A stretch of DNA of 64,000 bases from the NCBI GenBank assembly GCA_900544245.1, contig UQUH01000001.1:5928-69927 (forward strand). Direction: 5' to 3'. Position numbers and translations under genes: made by a program. Source of the DNA: an uncultured Coriobacteriaceae bacterium (GTDB lineage: Bacteria; Actinomycetota; Coriobacteriia; Coriobacteriales; QAMH01). The notes under the pieces are model-generated. The model saw only the letters and a program-made list of their open reading frames with translations. It had not been told where the DNA came from and ran no database searches. This document shows positions 16,941 through 26,719 of the stretch, one piece after another. Position 1 is the stretch's first letter. Every line of letters begins with the position of its first letter.

Positions 16941-18773
16941 ATGTGCGGAATCGTTGGCTATACCGGCACTGCTCCCGTGCGTGACATATTGCTCGAAGGG
17001 CTGCGCAAGCTCGAGTACCGCGGTTATGACTCGGCCGGCATTGCCGTCGAGACGAACGACAAGATCAGCATCGTGCGCCGCGTGGGCAAGGTTGAGGAGC
17101 TCTCAAACGCGGTCGAGGACTGGGATGTCACGTCGACCTGCGGCATCGGTCACACGCGCTGGGCGACGCACGGGCGTCCCACCGAGCAAAACGCCCACCC
17201 CCATTCCGACTGCTCGGGTAAGGTGGCCGTCGTCCATAACGGCATCATCGAGAACTTCGTGCAGCTACGAGGCCTGCTCGAATCGGAAGGGCACGTGTTC
17301 AGGAGCGAGACGGACACCGAAATCGTCGCGCACCTCATCGAGAAGTACTACAAGGGCGACCTGATCGAAGCCCTCGCGCGCACGACCGATGACCTGCAAG
17401 GTGCGTACGGCCTTGCCGTCATGCACGTCGACCACCCGGGCGAGATAGCGGTGACGCGCAAGGACAGCCCGATCGTCGTCGGGCTTTCCGAAGGGGACGA
17501 GCCGGCCGCCCTCGTGGCGAGCGACATCGTTGCCATAATGGATTTCACGCGCGACGTCGTCTTTCTCGAAGACGGTCAGTTCGCGTTGCTCAGGCCCACG
17601 AGCATCGAGTACTTTAGCGCGCCCGGTCATGCGGTCGAGCTCGAGACCACGCATATCGATTGGGATGCCGAAAACGCCGAGCGCGGCGGCTTCCCCGATT
17701 TCATGCTCAAGGAAATCTTCGAACAGCCGCGTGCCGTGCGCGACACTATCAGCGGTGCCGTCAAGAACGGCTACGTGCTCTTCGACAGCCTCGCGCTCGA
17801 CGACGATGACATCGACGCCATCGACAACGTCTACATCATCGGCTGCGGAACGAGCTACCATGCCGGCCTCGTCGCCCGCGACCTCATCGAGCGCTGGGCG
17901 CGTATCCCGACGACGGTCGAGGTGGCGAGCGAGTTTCGCTATCGCAACCCCATCGTTTCGTCATCGACGCTCGTGATCGCCATCTCGCAATCCGGCGAGA
18001 CGGCCGACACGCTGGCAGCCGTGCGCATCGCCCGCTCCAAGGGCGCGCGTGTCTTCGCCATCACCAACTGCGTCGGTAGCCGCATCACACGCGAGTCCGA
18101 CGGGACGCTCTACGTCAAGGCGAACATGGAGATATCGGTTGCGGCGACCAAGTCCTTTCTCGCCCAGATCTCCTGCCTCGCGCTCATCGCGATGTTCCTC
18201 GGCCAGAAGAAGGGCCGTCTCACCACGCGCCAGGTCAAGTCGTTGTATTACGAGCTGCGCGAGACGCCCTCGCAGATCGAGGATATCCTGCAGGACACGT
18301 CCGTGATCGAGGAGGCGGCCAAGGAGGTCGCCAAGGCCCATTCGGTCATGTACGTGGGACGTGGCATCGGCTCTCCCATCTGCAACGAGGGAGCACTCAA
18401 GCTCAAGGAGATCAGCTACCTGCATGCCGAGGCGTATCCGGCCGGCGAGCTCAAGCACGGTCCGATTGCGCTTCTGGACGAGAACGTTCCCGTCGTCGCC
18501 GTCGTGACCGAATCGCCCACGCGCATGCAGACGTTGAGCAACGTGCAGGAGATTCTCGCACGTGGGTCGCGTGTCGTCGCCGTGGCGACCGAAGGTGACC
18601 AGGAGGTCGCCGATATCGCCGACTACGTCTTCTACATTCCGCCTATCGCAGATTGGTGCACGGCCATCACGGCAAGCGTGCCGCTGCAGTTGTTCGCGCG
18701 CTACATCGCCATCGAGCGCGGATGCGATGTCGACAAGCCGCGCAACCTCGCGAAGTCGGTGACCGTGGAATGA
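16941..18773 (+). CDS. glmS: Glutamine--fructose-6-phosphate aminotransferase
   Basis: 610 aa. The N-terminal MCGIVGY carries the catalytic Cys2. Two SIS domains follow, with the family C-terminus ...NLAKSVTVE. Confidence 0.95.
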   Translation: MCGIVGYTGTAPVRDILLEGLRKLEYRGYDSAGIAVETNDKISIVRRVGKVEELSNAVEDWDVTSTCGIGHTRWATHGRPTEQNAHPHSDCSGKVAVVHNGIIENFVQLRGLLESEGHVFRSETDTEIVAHLIEKYYKGDLIEALARTTDDLQGAYGLAVMHVDHPGEIAVTRKDSPIVVGLSEGDEPAALVASDIVAIMDFTRDVVFLEDGQFALLRPTSIEYFSAPGHAVELETTHIDWDAENAERGGFPDFMLKEIFEQPRAVRDTISGAVKNGYVLFDSLALDDDDIDAIDNVYIIGCGTSYHAGLVARDLIERWARIPTTVEVASEFRYRNPIVSSSTLVIAISQSGETADTLAAVRIARSKGARVFAITNCVGSRITRESDGTLYVKANMEISVAATKSFLAQISCLALIAMFLGQKKGRLTTRQVKSLYYELRETPSQIEDILQDTSVIEEAAKEVAKAHSVMYVGRGIGSPICNEGALKLKEISYLHAEAYPAGELKHGPIALLDENVPVVAVVTESPTRMQTLSNVQEILARGSRVVAVATEGDQEVADIADYVFYIPPIADWCTAITASVPLQLFARYIAIERGCDVDKPRNLAKSVTVE

Positions 18774-19309
18774 CAGGCGCCGCGACTGAGTCGCCCATGA
18801 CGGGGCTCGGGGTGGACATCGTCGAGATCGACCGCATGGACCGGATCCTCCAACGTTCCCCGCGCTTTGCGTATCGCGTCTTCAGCGATGACGAACGCGC
18901 GTATTGCGAGGGGCATCACCGGCCCGCCGTACGCTATGCCACGCACTTTGCCGCCAAGGAAGCCGTCCTCAAGGCGCTCGGCACGGGTTTTGCCGACGGC
19001 ATCGCCTTCACCGACGTCGAGGTCACGCACGATGAGAAGGGCAAGCCAATCGCGCTTTTGCATGGCCGGGCAAAACGGATAGCCGAATCGCTCGGCATCC
19101 TGGAGATTCCCCTGTCGCTTTCCCGCACCAACGAGACGGCTGTCGCAAACGCCATCGCGGTAACGGCGGCGACGCGCCCCGTCGTCGAAGAGAAGGTCAC
19201 GCCTGCCCAGGAACTCGCGATGCGCTTCAGGGAGCTCCGCAGCATGCTGGATGACCTTGAACAGGACATCGAACAGGCTGACGAGGAACCGGAGGACATC
19301 GATGCGTGA
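18770..19309 (+). CDS. acpS: Holo-[acyl-carrier-protein] synthase with an acidic C-terminal extension
   Basis: GLGVDIVEIDRM..FAAKEAVLKALG..HDEKGKP. Start ATG 18770 forms an ATGA overlap with the glmS stop. The track start 18653 lies inside glmS. Confidence 0.85.
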   Translation: MTGAATESPMTGLGVDIVEIDRMDRILQRSPRFAYRVFSDDERAYCEGHHRPAVRYATHFAAKEAVLKALGTGFADGIAFTDVEVTHDEKGKPIALLHGRAKRIAESLGILEIPLSLSRTNETAVANAIAVTAATRPVVEEKVTPAQELAMRFRELRSMLDDLEQDIEQADEEPEDIDA

Positions 19310-20186
19310 GCCCCTGGCACTCGTGCTCGGCGAAGATGACATCCGCGCGCTCGTTCCGCATCCCGCATGGGATACGAACAAGTACGCGCGGGGTACCGTG
19401 GGCGTCGTCGGCGGAAGCGCGGCGTATCCGGGAGCGCCCATCCTCGCCGCCAGTGCAGCCGCGCGCTGCGGAGCCGGCTACGTCCGTCTCGTGACGACGA
19501 GCGGAGCTACGGCCTGCGCCCACGCGCACCTTCTCTCCATTCCCGTTTCAGCATGCGATCAGGGAATCTGGGGCACGCTGTGCGCGACGTCGGCAATCCA
19601 GGCGGCGCAGGATCTCGCCAAAAGCGATGTGATCCTCGTCGGGCCGGGCATGGGCACTTCGGATGATTCGGAGCGTTTTCTCGAGGCGCTTTCACAAGAC
19701 CGCCCCATGGTCTTCGACGCCGACGCCCTCACCCTCATCGCCCGCAATCACGGTTTGCTCGACATGCCGGCGCGGCACCCGCGCATCCTCACGCCACACG
19801 AGGGGGAGGCAGCGCGCTTGCTGGGTCGTAAAATCGCCAATCGCAACGAGGACGCGCTGCAGATCGCCCGTGACTACGAGGCTACCGTCGTCCTCAAGGG
19901 CCCCGAGACGCTTGTCGCGACGCCGCTTGGCGAATTGCGCGCCGTCGCCGAAGGCGGCCCCGAGCTTGCCAAGGCCGGGACGGGTGACGTGCTCGGCGGC
20001 ATGGTCGCGTCCTTTCTCGCGCAGGGGCTCGACGCGCTTGACGCCGCGACGCTCGCGGTGTCCGTCCACGGCCGTGCGGGCAGGGCCGCTGCATGCGAAT
20101 TGAGCGTCCACGCGGTGATGCCTGAGGATATAATCTGTAAAATTGGTTCCGTTCTCCTGGATCTGGAAGCTGAGGACAACTCGTGA
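19302..20186 (+). CDS. nnrD: ADP-dependent NAD(P)H-hydrate dehydratase (YjeF C-terminal type only)
   Basis: KYARGTVGVVGGSAAYPGAP, VGPGMG, TPHEGEAARL, LKGPETLV and AGTGDVLGG. ATG 19302 overlaps the acpS stop. Confidence 0.85.
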   Translation: MREPLALVLGEDDIRALVPHPAWDTNKYARGTVGVVGGSAAYPGAPILAASAAARCGAGYVRLVTTSGATACAHAHLLSIPVSACDQGIWGTLCATSAIQAAQDLAKSDVILVGPGMGTSDDSERFLEALSQDRPMVFDADALTLIARNHGLLDMPARHPRILTPHEGEAARLLGRKIANRNEDALQIARDYEATVVLKGPETLVATPLGELRAVAEGGPELAKAGTGDVLGGMVASFLAQGLDALDAATLAVSVHGRAGRAAACELSVHAVMPEDIICKIGSVLLDLEAEDNS

Positions 20187-21439
20187 GCACGAACGAGGTC
20201 AACTATTTTGGGGCGCATCCCCGCGTGGGCGGTTCGCTCGGCGAAGATGCGATGAACGAGCATGAGCATATCGATCGCAATAAGCTCAAGCTCAAGGAAT
20301 GCTATACCCGTGAGAACGTCCCGCGTGGGGCGTGGGTCGAGGTCGACCTGAACGCGATCGCGCACAACATCCGTGTCATTCGCAAGCGCGTCGGGCTCGA
20401 CCGCCAGATCATGGCAATCGTCAAGGCGGACGGCTACGGGCACGGTTCCGTGCATGTAGCCCGCACGGCGCTTAAGGCAGGCGTCGACCAGCTCGCCGTC
20501 TCTTCGGTCGAGGAGGGCGTCGAGTTGCGCGAGCACGGCATCGAGGCTCCCATTCTCGTGCTCTCGCAGCCACCCATGCGCGCCATTCCCTACGTTCTCG
20601 CGTACGATCTCATCCCCACGGTCATCACCGAGGAATTCGCTCTCGCCCTGGGCGAGGAAGCCGATCTCAACGGGATGGTCGCCAAGTATCACCTTGCAAT
20701 CGATACGGGCATGAACCGCATCGGCATCTTCTATCTGGACGTGGTGGATTTTCTGCAGTCCATCAACTTCCATCGAGGTCTCGAGCTCGCGGGCGTCTTC
20801 ACGCATTTCGCGACGGCGGACGAGGAGAGCGATTGGGATTTTCGCATGCAATTGCAGCGCTTCAACGAGGCGCTCCAGCTCATGCGTAACGCTCGCATCG
20901 ATTACGGTCTCGCGCACAGCGCCAATTCCGCGGCGACGCAGCGCTATCCGGAAAGCTACTTCGACATGGTGCGCGTGGGCATCACGATGTATGGTCTTGC
21001 TCCGAGCCCCATTCTGCGCGAAAGCGACGATCTGCGTCCGGCGATGTCGGTCAAGGCCCAGATCATCCAGGTGCGCGAGCCCCAGATGGGCGAGGGTGTC
21101 TCATACGGTTTCAACTACCGTGTGGCAAGGCCTGTCCAGATCGCCACGGTGCCCATTGGCTATGCCGACGGCGTGCGTCGCATCCTGTCGGGCCGCATGC
21201 GCGTGCTCTACAAGGGACGTCCGTGCAGGCAGGTCGGCAACATCTGCATGGACATGATGATGATCGAGATACCGCTCGACGCATCTGGCGAGAGGGCCGA
21301 GATCGGCGACGAGATCGTGATCCTGGGATCGCAAGGGGACTACGAGATCACCGCCGACATGATGGCCGACGAGATTGACACCATCAACTACGAACTCATC
21401 TGCATGTTCGGCGCGCGGCTTCCGCGCATCTACGTGTAG
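20183..21439 (+). CDS. alr: Alanine racemase
   Basis: AIVKADGYGHG contains the PLP-lysine motif, and the C-terminal domain is PIGYADG..R. GTG 20183 forms a GTGA overlap with the nnrD stop. ATG 20252 is an alternative start. Confidence 0.88.
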   Translation: MSTNEVNYFGAHPRVGGSLGEDAMNEHEHIDRNKLKLKECYTRENVPRGAWVEVDLNAIAHNIRVIRKRVGLDRQIMAIVKADGYGHGSVHVARTALKAGVDQLAVSSVEEGVELREHGIEAPILVLSQPPMRAIPYVLAYDLIPTVITEEFALALGEEADLNGMVAKYHLAIDTGMNRIGIFYLDVVDFLQSINFHRGLELAGVFTHFATADEESDWDFRMQLQRFNEALQLMRNARIDYGLAHSANSAATQRYPESYFDMVRVGITMYGLAPSPILRESDDLRPAMSVKAQIIQVREPQMGEGVSYGFNYRVARPVQIATVPIGYADGVRRILSGRMRVLYKGRPCRQVGNICMDMMMIEIPLDASGERAEIGDEIVILGSQGDYEITADMMADEIDTINYELICMFGARLPRIYV

Positions 21440-21456
21440 CGCATGACGAGAGGCGC

Positions 21457-22101
21457 GTGATGGCGATGGCGGAACCATTGACGGATATGGACGACCACAT
21501 CCACAAGTCGCTGAGCGAGGCGTTGGCGGGTATCGATAATTGCCACAAGTGCGGGTTGGGTGACACGCGCACGAACGTCGTTCCCGGTGCGGGCAACCCG
21601 CGTGCCAAGGTCATGTTCATCGGCGAGGCGCCGGGCAAGAACGAGGACCTGCAAGGCGAGCCCTTCGTGGGCGCCGCGGGCAAGCTGCTCAACCAGATGC
21701 TCGAGCGCATAGGCCTCGCACGCGAGGACATATACATCGCCAACATCCTCAAGTGCCGTCCCCCCGGCAATCGCGATCCCAAACCAGAGGAAATCGAGGT
21801 GTGCACGCCCTGGCTGCGCGAGCAGGTCAAGGCCGTGCATCCCACGGTGCTCGTGACCATGGGCAATTTCTCCACGAAGTTCATCCTGCAGACGAACACG
21901 GGCATTACGCGCCTGCGTGGAAAGATTCACGTCACGGGCCCGTTCAGGGTCATACCGACCTTCCATCCCGCGGCCGCGATATACGATCGCAGCAAGATCG
22001 GGGCAATCGAGCAGGACTTCGACCTGATCAAGCTCCTACTCGACACCGATGCGGCACGCGAGAAGGCAGGACGAGACGATGAGGAGGCGAATCACGATTG
22101 A
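21457..22101 (+). CDS. Uracil-DNA glycosylase, family 4
   Basis: GEAPGKNEDLQGEPFVGAAGKLL, ANILKCRPPGNRDP and the HPAA motif region (TFHPAAAIY). Confidence 0.88.
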   Translation: MMAMAEPLTDMDDHIHKSLSEALAGIDNCHKCGLGDTRTNVVPGAGNPRAKVMFIGEAPGKNEDLQGEPFVGAAGKLLNQMLERIGLAREDIYIANILKCRPPGNRDPKPEEIEVCTPWLREQVKAVHPTVLVTMGNFSTKFILQTNTGITRLRGKIHVTGPFRVIPTFHPAAAIYDRSKIGAIEQDFDLIKLLLDTDAAREKAGRDDEEANHD

Positions 22102-22574
22102 TTCACTGTCGATGTAATTCCGTCGAGGACACCATGAGGCTGGGCGAGAAGGTCGCCGGGCTCGTGCAGATGAACGACTGCATCGTGTTGAGTGGCGACC
22201 TGGGCGCAGGCAAGACGCAATTCGCAAAGGGTTTTGCCGCCGGCCTCGGCGTCGATGACGACATCACCAGCCCCACCTTCAACATCCTGTTCGAGTATGT
22301 CGGCGACGAGTTGCCGCTGCTGCACTTCGACCTCTATAGGCTTGACGAGGAAGACGAGCTGACTGACATCGACTTCTTCGGCTTGCTCGAGAGCGGGGGC
22401 GTATGTCTGATTGAATGGGGCGACAAGTTCGCCGCCGCCATGCCCGAAGACCGCGTTGACGTCAGGATTCTCGTTTCCGATGACGAGACGCGCACGGTCG
22501 ATATCTCGGGCAACGGCGCGCGAGGCACGCAGCTGGAGGCGCAGCTCGCGAAGGTCCTCGATATCGCATCCTAG
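22098..22574 (+). CDS. tsaE: tRNA t6A37 biosynthesis ATPase TsaE
   Basis: P-loop GDLGAGKTQFAKG, then SPTFNILFEY and HFDLYRL. The TTG start overlaps the udg stop. RBS is GAGGAGG. Confidence 0.88.
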   Translation: MIHCRCNSVEDTMRLGEKVAGLVQMNDCIVLSGDLGAGKTQFAKGFAAGLGVDDDITSPTFNILFEYVGDELPLLHFDLYRLDEEDELTDIDFFGLLESGGVCLIEWGDKFAAAMPEDRVDVRILVSDDETRTVDISGNGARGTQLEAQLAKVLDIAS

Positions 22575-22599
22575 GAAAGTCACGGTACAATAGCCAGTC

Positions 22600-23349
22600 A
22601 TGCAGCAAAACGATCCATATTCGGTACTCGGTGTCGCTCGGGGCGCCTCGAAGGAGGAGGTGACCAAGGCCTACCGCAAGCTTGCCAAGAAGTACCATCC
22701 GGACCTCAATCCCGGTGACGAGCAGGCTGCGAAGAAGATGGCCGAGGTGAATGCCGCTTACGATTCCATCATGAACGGCACGCCCTATGGCCCGCGTGCG
22801 AGCGCGGGCAATCCCTATGGCGGCCAGGGTGCGGCTGGCAATCCGTATGCCGGCTATGGCAGCGGACAGGGCGGCCAGGGTGGCCAGCAGCAAGGTGGAT
22901 GGTACTACGGTCCGTTCGCCGGGGGTGGCCAGCAGCAAGGCGGCGGGCAATACTACGATCCGTTCGAGGAGATGTTTCGCCAGTGGCAGCAGGCGACCGA
23001 TTCCGATGCCTACCGCGAAGCGCGCGAGGAACAGCAGCGCCAACAGCGCGAGCAGGCGCGCAATACGGCGAATGGTTGCTTCAGGTGGGTCATGCTCATA
23101 CTCATCATCAACCTCGCCCTCAACATCTTCATGGGCGGATGCTCGGCATGGCGTAACTCGCTGCTCTTCCCCAATGCAAGCACGACGTCAAAGGAGGCGG
23201 CGCCGCCCCTCAACGCCAACGGCGGTTCCGGGGATACGGGCTCGTCATCGTCAAGCAGCTCGGCGGCCACCACGCAGAGACCTTTCTCGTTTGACGTGAT
23301 AGATCGCGCAAGCACCGTTACCTACACGGTCGACTTGCCGCACGAATGA
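22600..23349 (+). CDS. J-domain (DnaJ-like) membrane protein with a Gly/Gln-rich linker
   Basis: [36 protein letters not shown] contains the HPD motif. A G/Q/Y-rich low-complexity stretch, one TM helix ([20 protein letters not shown]) and a Ser-rich tail follow. Confidence 0.8.
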   Translation: MQQNDPYSVLGVARGASKEEVTKAYRKLAKKYHPDLNPGDEQAAKKMAEVNAAYDSIMNGTPYGPRASAGNPYGGQGAAGNPYAGYGSGQGGQGGQQQGGWYYGPFAGGGQQQGGGQYYDPFEEMFRQWQQATDSDAYREAREEQQRQQREQARNTANGCFRWVMLILIINLALNIFMGGCSAWRNSLLFPNASTTSKEAAPPLNANGGSGDTGSSSSSSSAATTQRPFSFDVIDRASTVTYTVDLPHE

Positions 23350-23362
23350 TGCCGCATGTGAG

Positions 23363-24280
23363 ATGCGCATGTTCTCGCGGTTCAGGAAAAACGAGGATGC
23401 TCGGCAGGAGATGAAGCTGCGCTCTGCCGCGACCGCGCTCGCCGCGGTGGCGGTCATCATCCTGGGCGCGGGGTTCTTCATGCTGGTCGCGTTGGCGAGC
23501 GGGTATATCAAGACGACCGGCACGTACACGACGACGAAGCTCGTTGCGGGAAGCTACTCGAGCACCGTCGAATGCTCGGGCAGCGTCGAGCCGATCCGCG
23601 TGACGGACGTGAACACGAAGGCCGCCGGGACGGTCACGGCCGTTTACGTGCAAGATGGCCAATACGTGAAGCAGGGCACGGTACTGTTCGAGATTCAGGA
23701 TGCTGGCGCGGACGCGCAGGCGATAACGGCCAGCGTCTCGGGTACGGTGATGAACATGGTGGTTGCGATGGGCATGACGAGCGATCAGCTCGCGCAGGCG
23801 GGCATGGCGATGCAGATCGCGGACATGAACGTGCTCGTTGGCGTCGTGCAGGTGCCGGAGTACGTCTCGGTGCTTCTCGAGGATGGCCAGTACGCGAATG
23901 TCACTTCCACCGTGACCCCCGGAGTTCACTACAAGGGGATGCTCACGGGTCTTTCGAAGGACTCCGGTTCGTCGTCTTTGACCAGCAGCGGGCAGGCGCT
24001 TTACGATGCGTCGATCATGTTCGACGATCCGGGAAGCCTCAAGGTGGGCGACCCCATCGACGCCCAGATGCGCATCGATGATTTCGGACAGGTGTTCTAC
24101 GTGCCCGCGAATGCCGTGCGCGAGATAGATGGCACGGCGTACGTCGATATAGTGCGCTCGAACGGCACGATCGAGCAGCATCAGGTCGAGCTGCTGGGCA
24201 CGGGCGATGACGGCCGCAAGATCATCAAGGGCGACGTGCTGACGAGTGAAACGACCATCCGGGCCGATTTGGGCGAGTAG
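23363..24280 (+). CDS. Membrane-anchored HlyD/periplasmic-adaptor-like barrel-sandwich protein
   Basis: It has an N-terminal TM helix, a lipoyl/barrel-sandwich-like segment (VYVQDGQYVKQGTVLFEIQD) and a C-terminal beta-barrel pattern. No transporter partner is adjacent. Confidence 0.65.
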   Translation: MRMFSRFRKNEDARQEMKLRSAATALAAVAVIILGAGFFMLVALASGYIKTTGTYTTTKLVAGSYSSTVECSGSVEPIRVTDVNTKAAGTVTAVYVQDGQYVKQGTVLFEIQDAGADAQAITASVSGTVMNMVVAMGMTSDQLAQAGMAMQIADMNVLVGVVQVPEYVSVLLEDGQYANVTSTVTPGVHYKGMLTGLSKDSGSSSLTSSGQALYDASIMFDDPGSLKVGDPIDAQMRIDDFGQVFYVPANAVREIDGTAYVDIVRSNGTIEQHQVELLGTGDDGRKIIKGDVLTSETTIRADLGE

Positions 24281-24289
24281 GAGAGGGAC

Positions 24290-26155
24290 ATGAGGGCATT
24301 GGCGCTCGATACCGCGAGCACGCAGACGGTGCTCGCGCTGGCGGATCTCGACGAGATTTCGGGAGAGGCCACCCTGCTCGCATCATGCCAGGTCGATGCG
24401 CCGCGGCAGGCCAACCAGGTCCTGCTCGCACGGGCCGCCCTCCTGCTCGAGGAAGCCGGGCTCGTGACGGGTGATGTCGATGCCGTCGCCGTGGGCCGCG
24501 GCCCCGGGTCGTTCACCGGCGTGCGCATCGGCGTGGCGACTGCCAAGGGAATCGCCTGCGGCCTGGGGGTTGCGCTGTACGGAGTCTCCACGCTCGATTC
24601 GGTTGCCTGGCGTGCTTGGCGTGCCGGCGTGCGTGGCAGGTTGGGCGTCGTGGCCGATGCCATGCGCAAGGAAGTGTACCCCGTGCGCTACGAGCTTGAT
24701 GACGCGGGCATTACGCGGTTGGATCCCGACACGGTGGCCAAGCCGGCGCAAGTCGCGCAGGCGTGGGCTGGTGAGGAAGACGACATCACGCTCACGGGTG
24801 ATGGGCTGCTGAAGTACGCCGAATTCTTCGAGGGAGCGCCGTTCGCGTTTGCGCCCGAGGAACTCTGGTTGCCCGATGGCCAGTCTCTCGTCAGCGCGTT
24901 TGCGCAGGCATTTGCGATGGGGAAGGCCGGGTCCGGAGATGCCGCGGCCCTCGTCCCCGTCTACACGCGCCTGTCGGACGCCGAGGAGAACGAGCAGGCG
25001 CGTCTGGCCAAGATGACCGACCCACGCGATGCGCAGAAGCGCGAGCGTCTGCAGCGCGAGATCGAGCGCACCGATCGTGCGATGCGCGTCTCCCGGCCCA
25101 AATCCGAGGGTGCGACCGAAGGTGCCGCAACGTACGAGCCTCCCTTCATCCTCGCAATCGAGAGCTCATGCGACGAGACGGCCGCCGCCGTCATCGATGG
25201 CGGGCGTGATGTGCTCGCGGATTGCATCGCGAGTCAAATCGACTTTCACAAGCGCTTTGGGGGCGTCGTCCCCGAAATCGCCTCGCGCAAGCACACCGAG
25301 GCCATCGTGCCGACGGTCATGTACACGATGGAGCAGGCTGGTTTGGGCTTCGATGACCTTTCCGCCGTGGCATGCACCATCGGGCCGGGTCTGGTGGGTG
25401 CGCTCGTCGTTGGCGTGGCCTTTGCCAAGGGGCTGTGCTTCGCGACGGGGTTACCCTTCATCGGCGTGAACCATCTCGAGGGACATCTCTACGCGAATCG
25501 CTACGTCGATCCAACGCTCGAGCCACCATTTGTCGCGTTGCTCGTGAGCGGCGGGCATACCATGCTCGTGCACGTGAGGGGCTGGGGCGACTACGAGGTG
25601 CTGGGCAGCACGCTCGACGATGCCGTGGGCGAGGCGTTCGACAAGGTCGCCAAGGCCCTCGAACTGGGGTATCCCGGTGGCCCCGTTCTGAGCAGGTACG
25701 CGAAGGACGGAGACGCGAAGGCCATCGCGTTTCCGCGCGCGATGATGCATAGCGGGGACCTGCGGTTCTCGCTTTCGGGCCTCAAGACAGCCGTCATCAC
25801 GTACATCAACGAGCAGAACAAAGCGGGCATGTCCATCGACATCCCCGATCTCGCGGCGAGCTTCACTGCGGCTGTCGTGGACGTCCTCGTGGCCAAATCG
25901 CTCGACGCATGCAAGCAGACGGGCTCGCGCGTCCTGTGCATTGGCGGAGGCGTCGCGGCCAATCCCGACTTGCGCGAGGCGCTTGCGGCAAGCCTCGGCA
26001 AACGCGGAATCCGCGTCATCATGCCCGAGCTCTCGGACTGTGCGGACAACGCCTCCATGATCGCCTCGGTTGGCCTCGACCTCTTCGAGGCGGGTGAGCG
26101 CACCGGGCTCGATTCCGACCCCCAAGCCCACATGCCCCTGCGCACGAGGGAATAA
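24290..26155 (+). CDS. tsaD: Fused TsaB (YeaZ)-TsaD (Kae1/Gcp) t6A biosynthesis protein
   Basis: The N-terminal ~230 aa are TsaB-like (ALDTAS...GPGSFTGVRIGVATAKG). After a charged linker come the TsaD motifs ILAIESSCDETAAAV, VNHLEGHL, LLVSGGHT and GGGVAAN. Confidence 0.88.
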   Translation: MRALALDTASTQTVLALADLDEISGEATLLASCQVDAPRQANQVLLARAALLLEEAGLVTGDVDAVAVGRGPGSFTGVRIGVATAKGIACGLGVALYGVSTLDSVAWRAWRAGVRGRLGVVADAMRKEVYPVRYELDDAGITRLDPDTVAKPAQVAQAWAGEEDDITLTGDGLLKYAEFFEGAPFAFAPEELWLPDGQSLVSAFAQAFAMGKAGSGDAAALVPVYTRLSDAEENEQARLAKMTDPRDAQKRERLQREIERTDRAMRVSRPKSEGATEGAATYEPPFILAIESSCDETAAAVIDGGRDVLADCIASQIDFHKRFGGVVPEIASRKHTEAIVPTVMYTMEQAGLGFDDLSAVACTIGPGLVGALVVGVAFAKGLCFATGLPFIGVNHLEGHLYANRYVDPTLEPPFVALLVSGGHTMLVHVRGWGDYEVLGSTLDDAVGEAFDKVAKALELGYPGGPVLSRYAKDGDAKAIAFPRAMMHSGDLRFSLSGLKTAVITYINEQNKAGMSIDIPDLAASFTAAVVDVLVAKSLDACKQTGSRVLCIGGGVAANPDLREALAASLGKRGIRVIMPELSDCADNASMIASVGLDLFEAGERTGLDSDPQAHMPLRTRE

Positions 26156-26201
26156 TGGACGAGATGATGTGCCAAAGGGTCTGACCCCCCCTGGCACAGT
26201 A

Positions 26202-26242
26202 CTGACCAGACAAAAGCGCCCCGGTGACAATCGTCTGGTCAG
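26202..26242. other. 10-bp perfect inverted repeat downstream of tsaBD and upstream of groES
   Basis: CTGACCAGAC (26202-26211) and GTCTGGTCAG (26233-26242) flank a 21-nt loop. There is no T-run. Confidence 0.5.
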
Positions 26243-26406
26243 GTCCGGCCCTCCGCTTCATGCCTATAAGGTTCCTACAAGGAAATCTAAGTGCAGCATT
26301 GATAGATAATTTCTTACGGAATGTTAACAAGCATGGCCTCGGGAGATGCTGCGGTCTATTATCAGAGAGTCAATTTTTCGCAGCTCTCAACGAGGAGGCA
26401 CCAAAG

Positions 26407-26691
26407 ATGAATTTGAAGCCGCTGGGCGATCGAGTCATCATCAAGCAGGATGAGGCGGAAGAGACCACCGCATCCGGTCTGATTCTCACGAGCAATTCCA
26501 AGGAAAAGCCGCAACGCGGCAAGGTCATCGCCGTTGGCGAGGGCAAGTACGATCATGGCAAGCTCATCCCGGTTTCCGTCAAGCCGGGCGATACCGTTAT
26601 CTACGGCAAGTACGGCGGACAGGACGTCACCGTCGATGGCGAGGAATACGTCATCCTGCGTGCCGATGACCTGTACGCAGTTGTCGACTAA
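26407..26691 (+). CDS. groES: Co-chaperonin GroES
   Basis: MNLKPLGDRVIIKQDEAEETTASGLIL... gives 94 aa from ATG 26407 with RBS GAGGAGG. The track start 26224 is an unsupported extension. Confidence 0.95.
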   Translation: MNLKPLGDRVIIKQDEAEETTASGLILTSNSKEKPQRGKVIAVGEGKYDHGKLIPVSVKPGDTVIYGKYGGQDVTVDGEEYVILRADDLYAVVD

Positions 26692-26719
26692 ACATCACTT
26701 GTGAAAGGAATGATCATCA

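Noticed and set aside
26156-26406. CIRCE (HrcA) operator expected upstream of groES
   Set aside because: I read the whole gap and found no TTAGCACTC-N9-GAGTGCTAA-like inverted repeat. Only weak partial matches and an unrelated 10-bp inverted repeat (26202-26242) are present.
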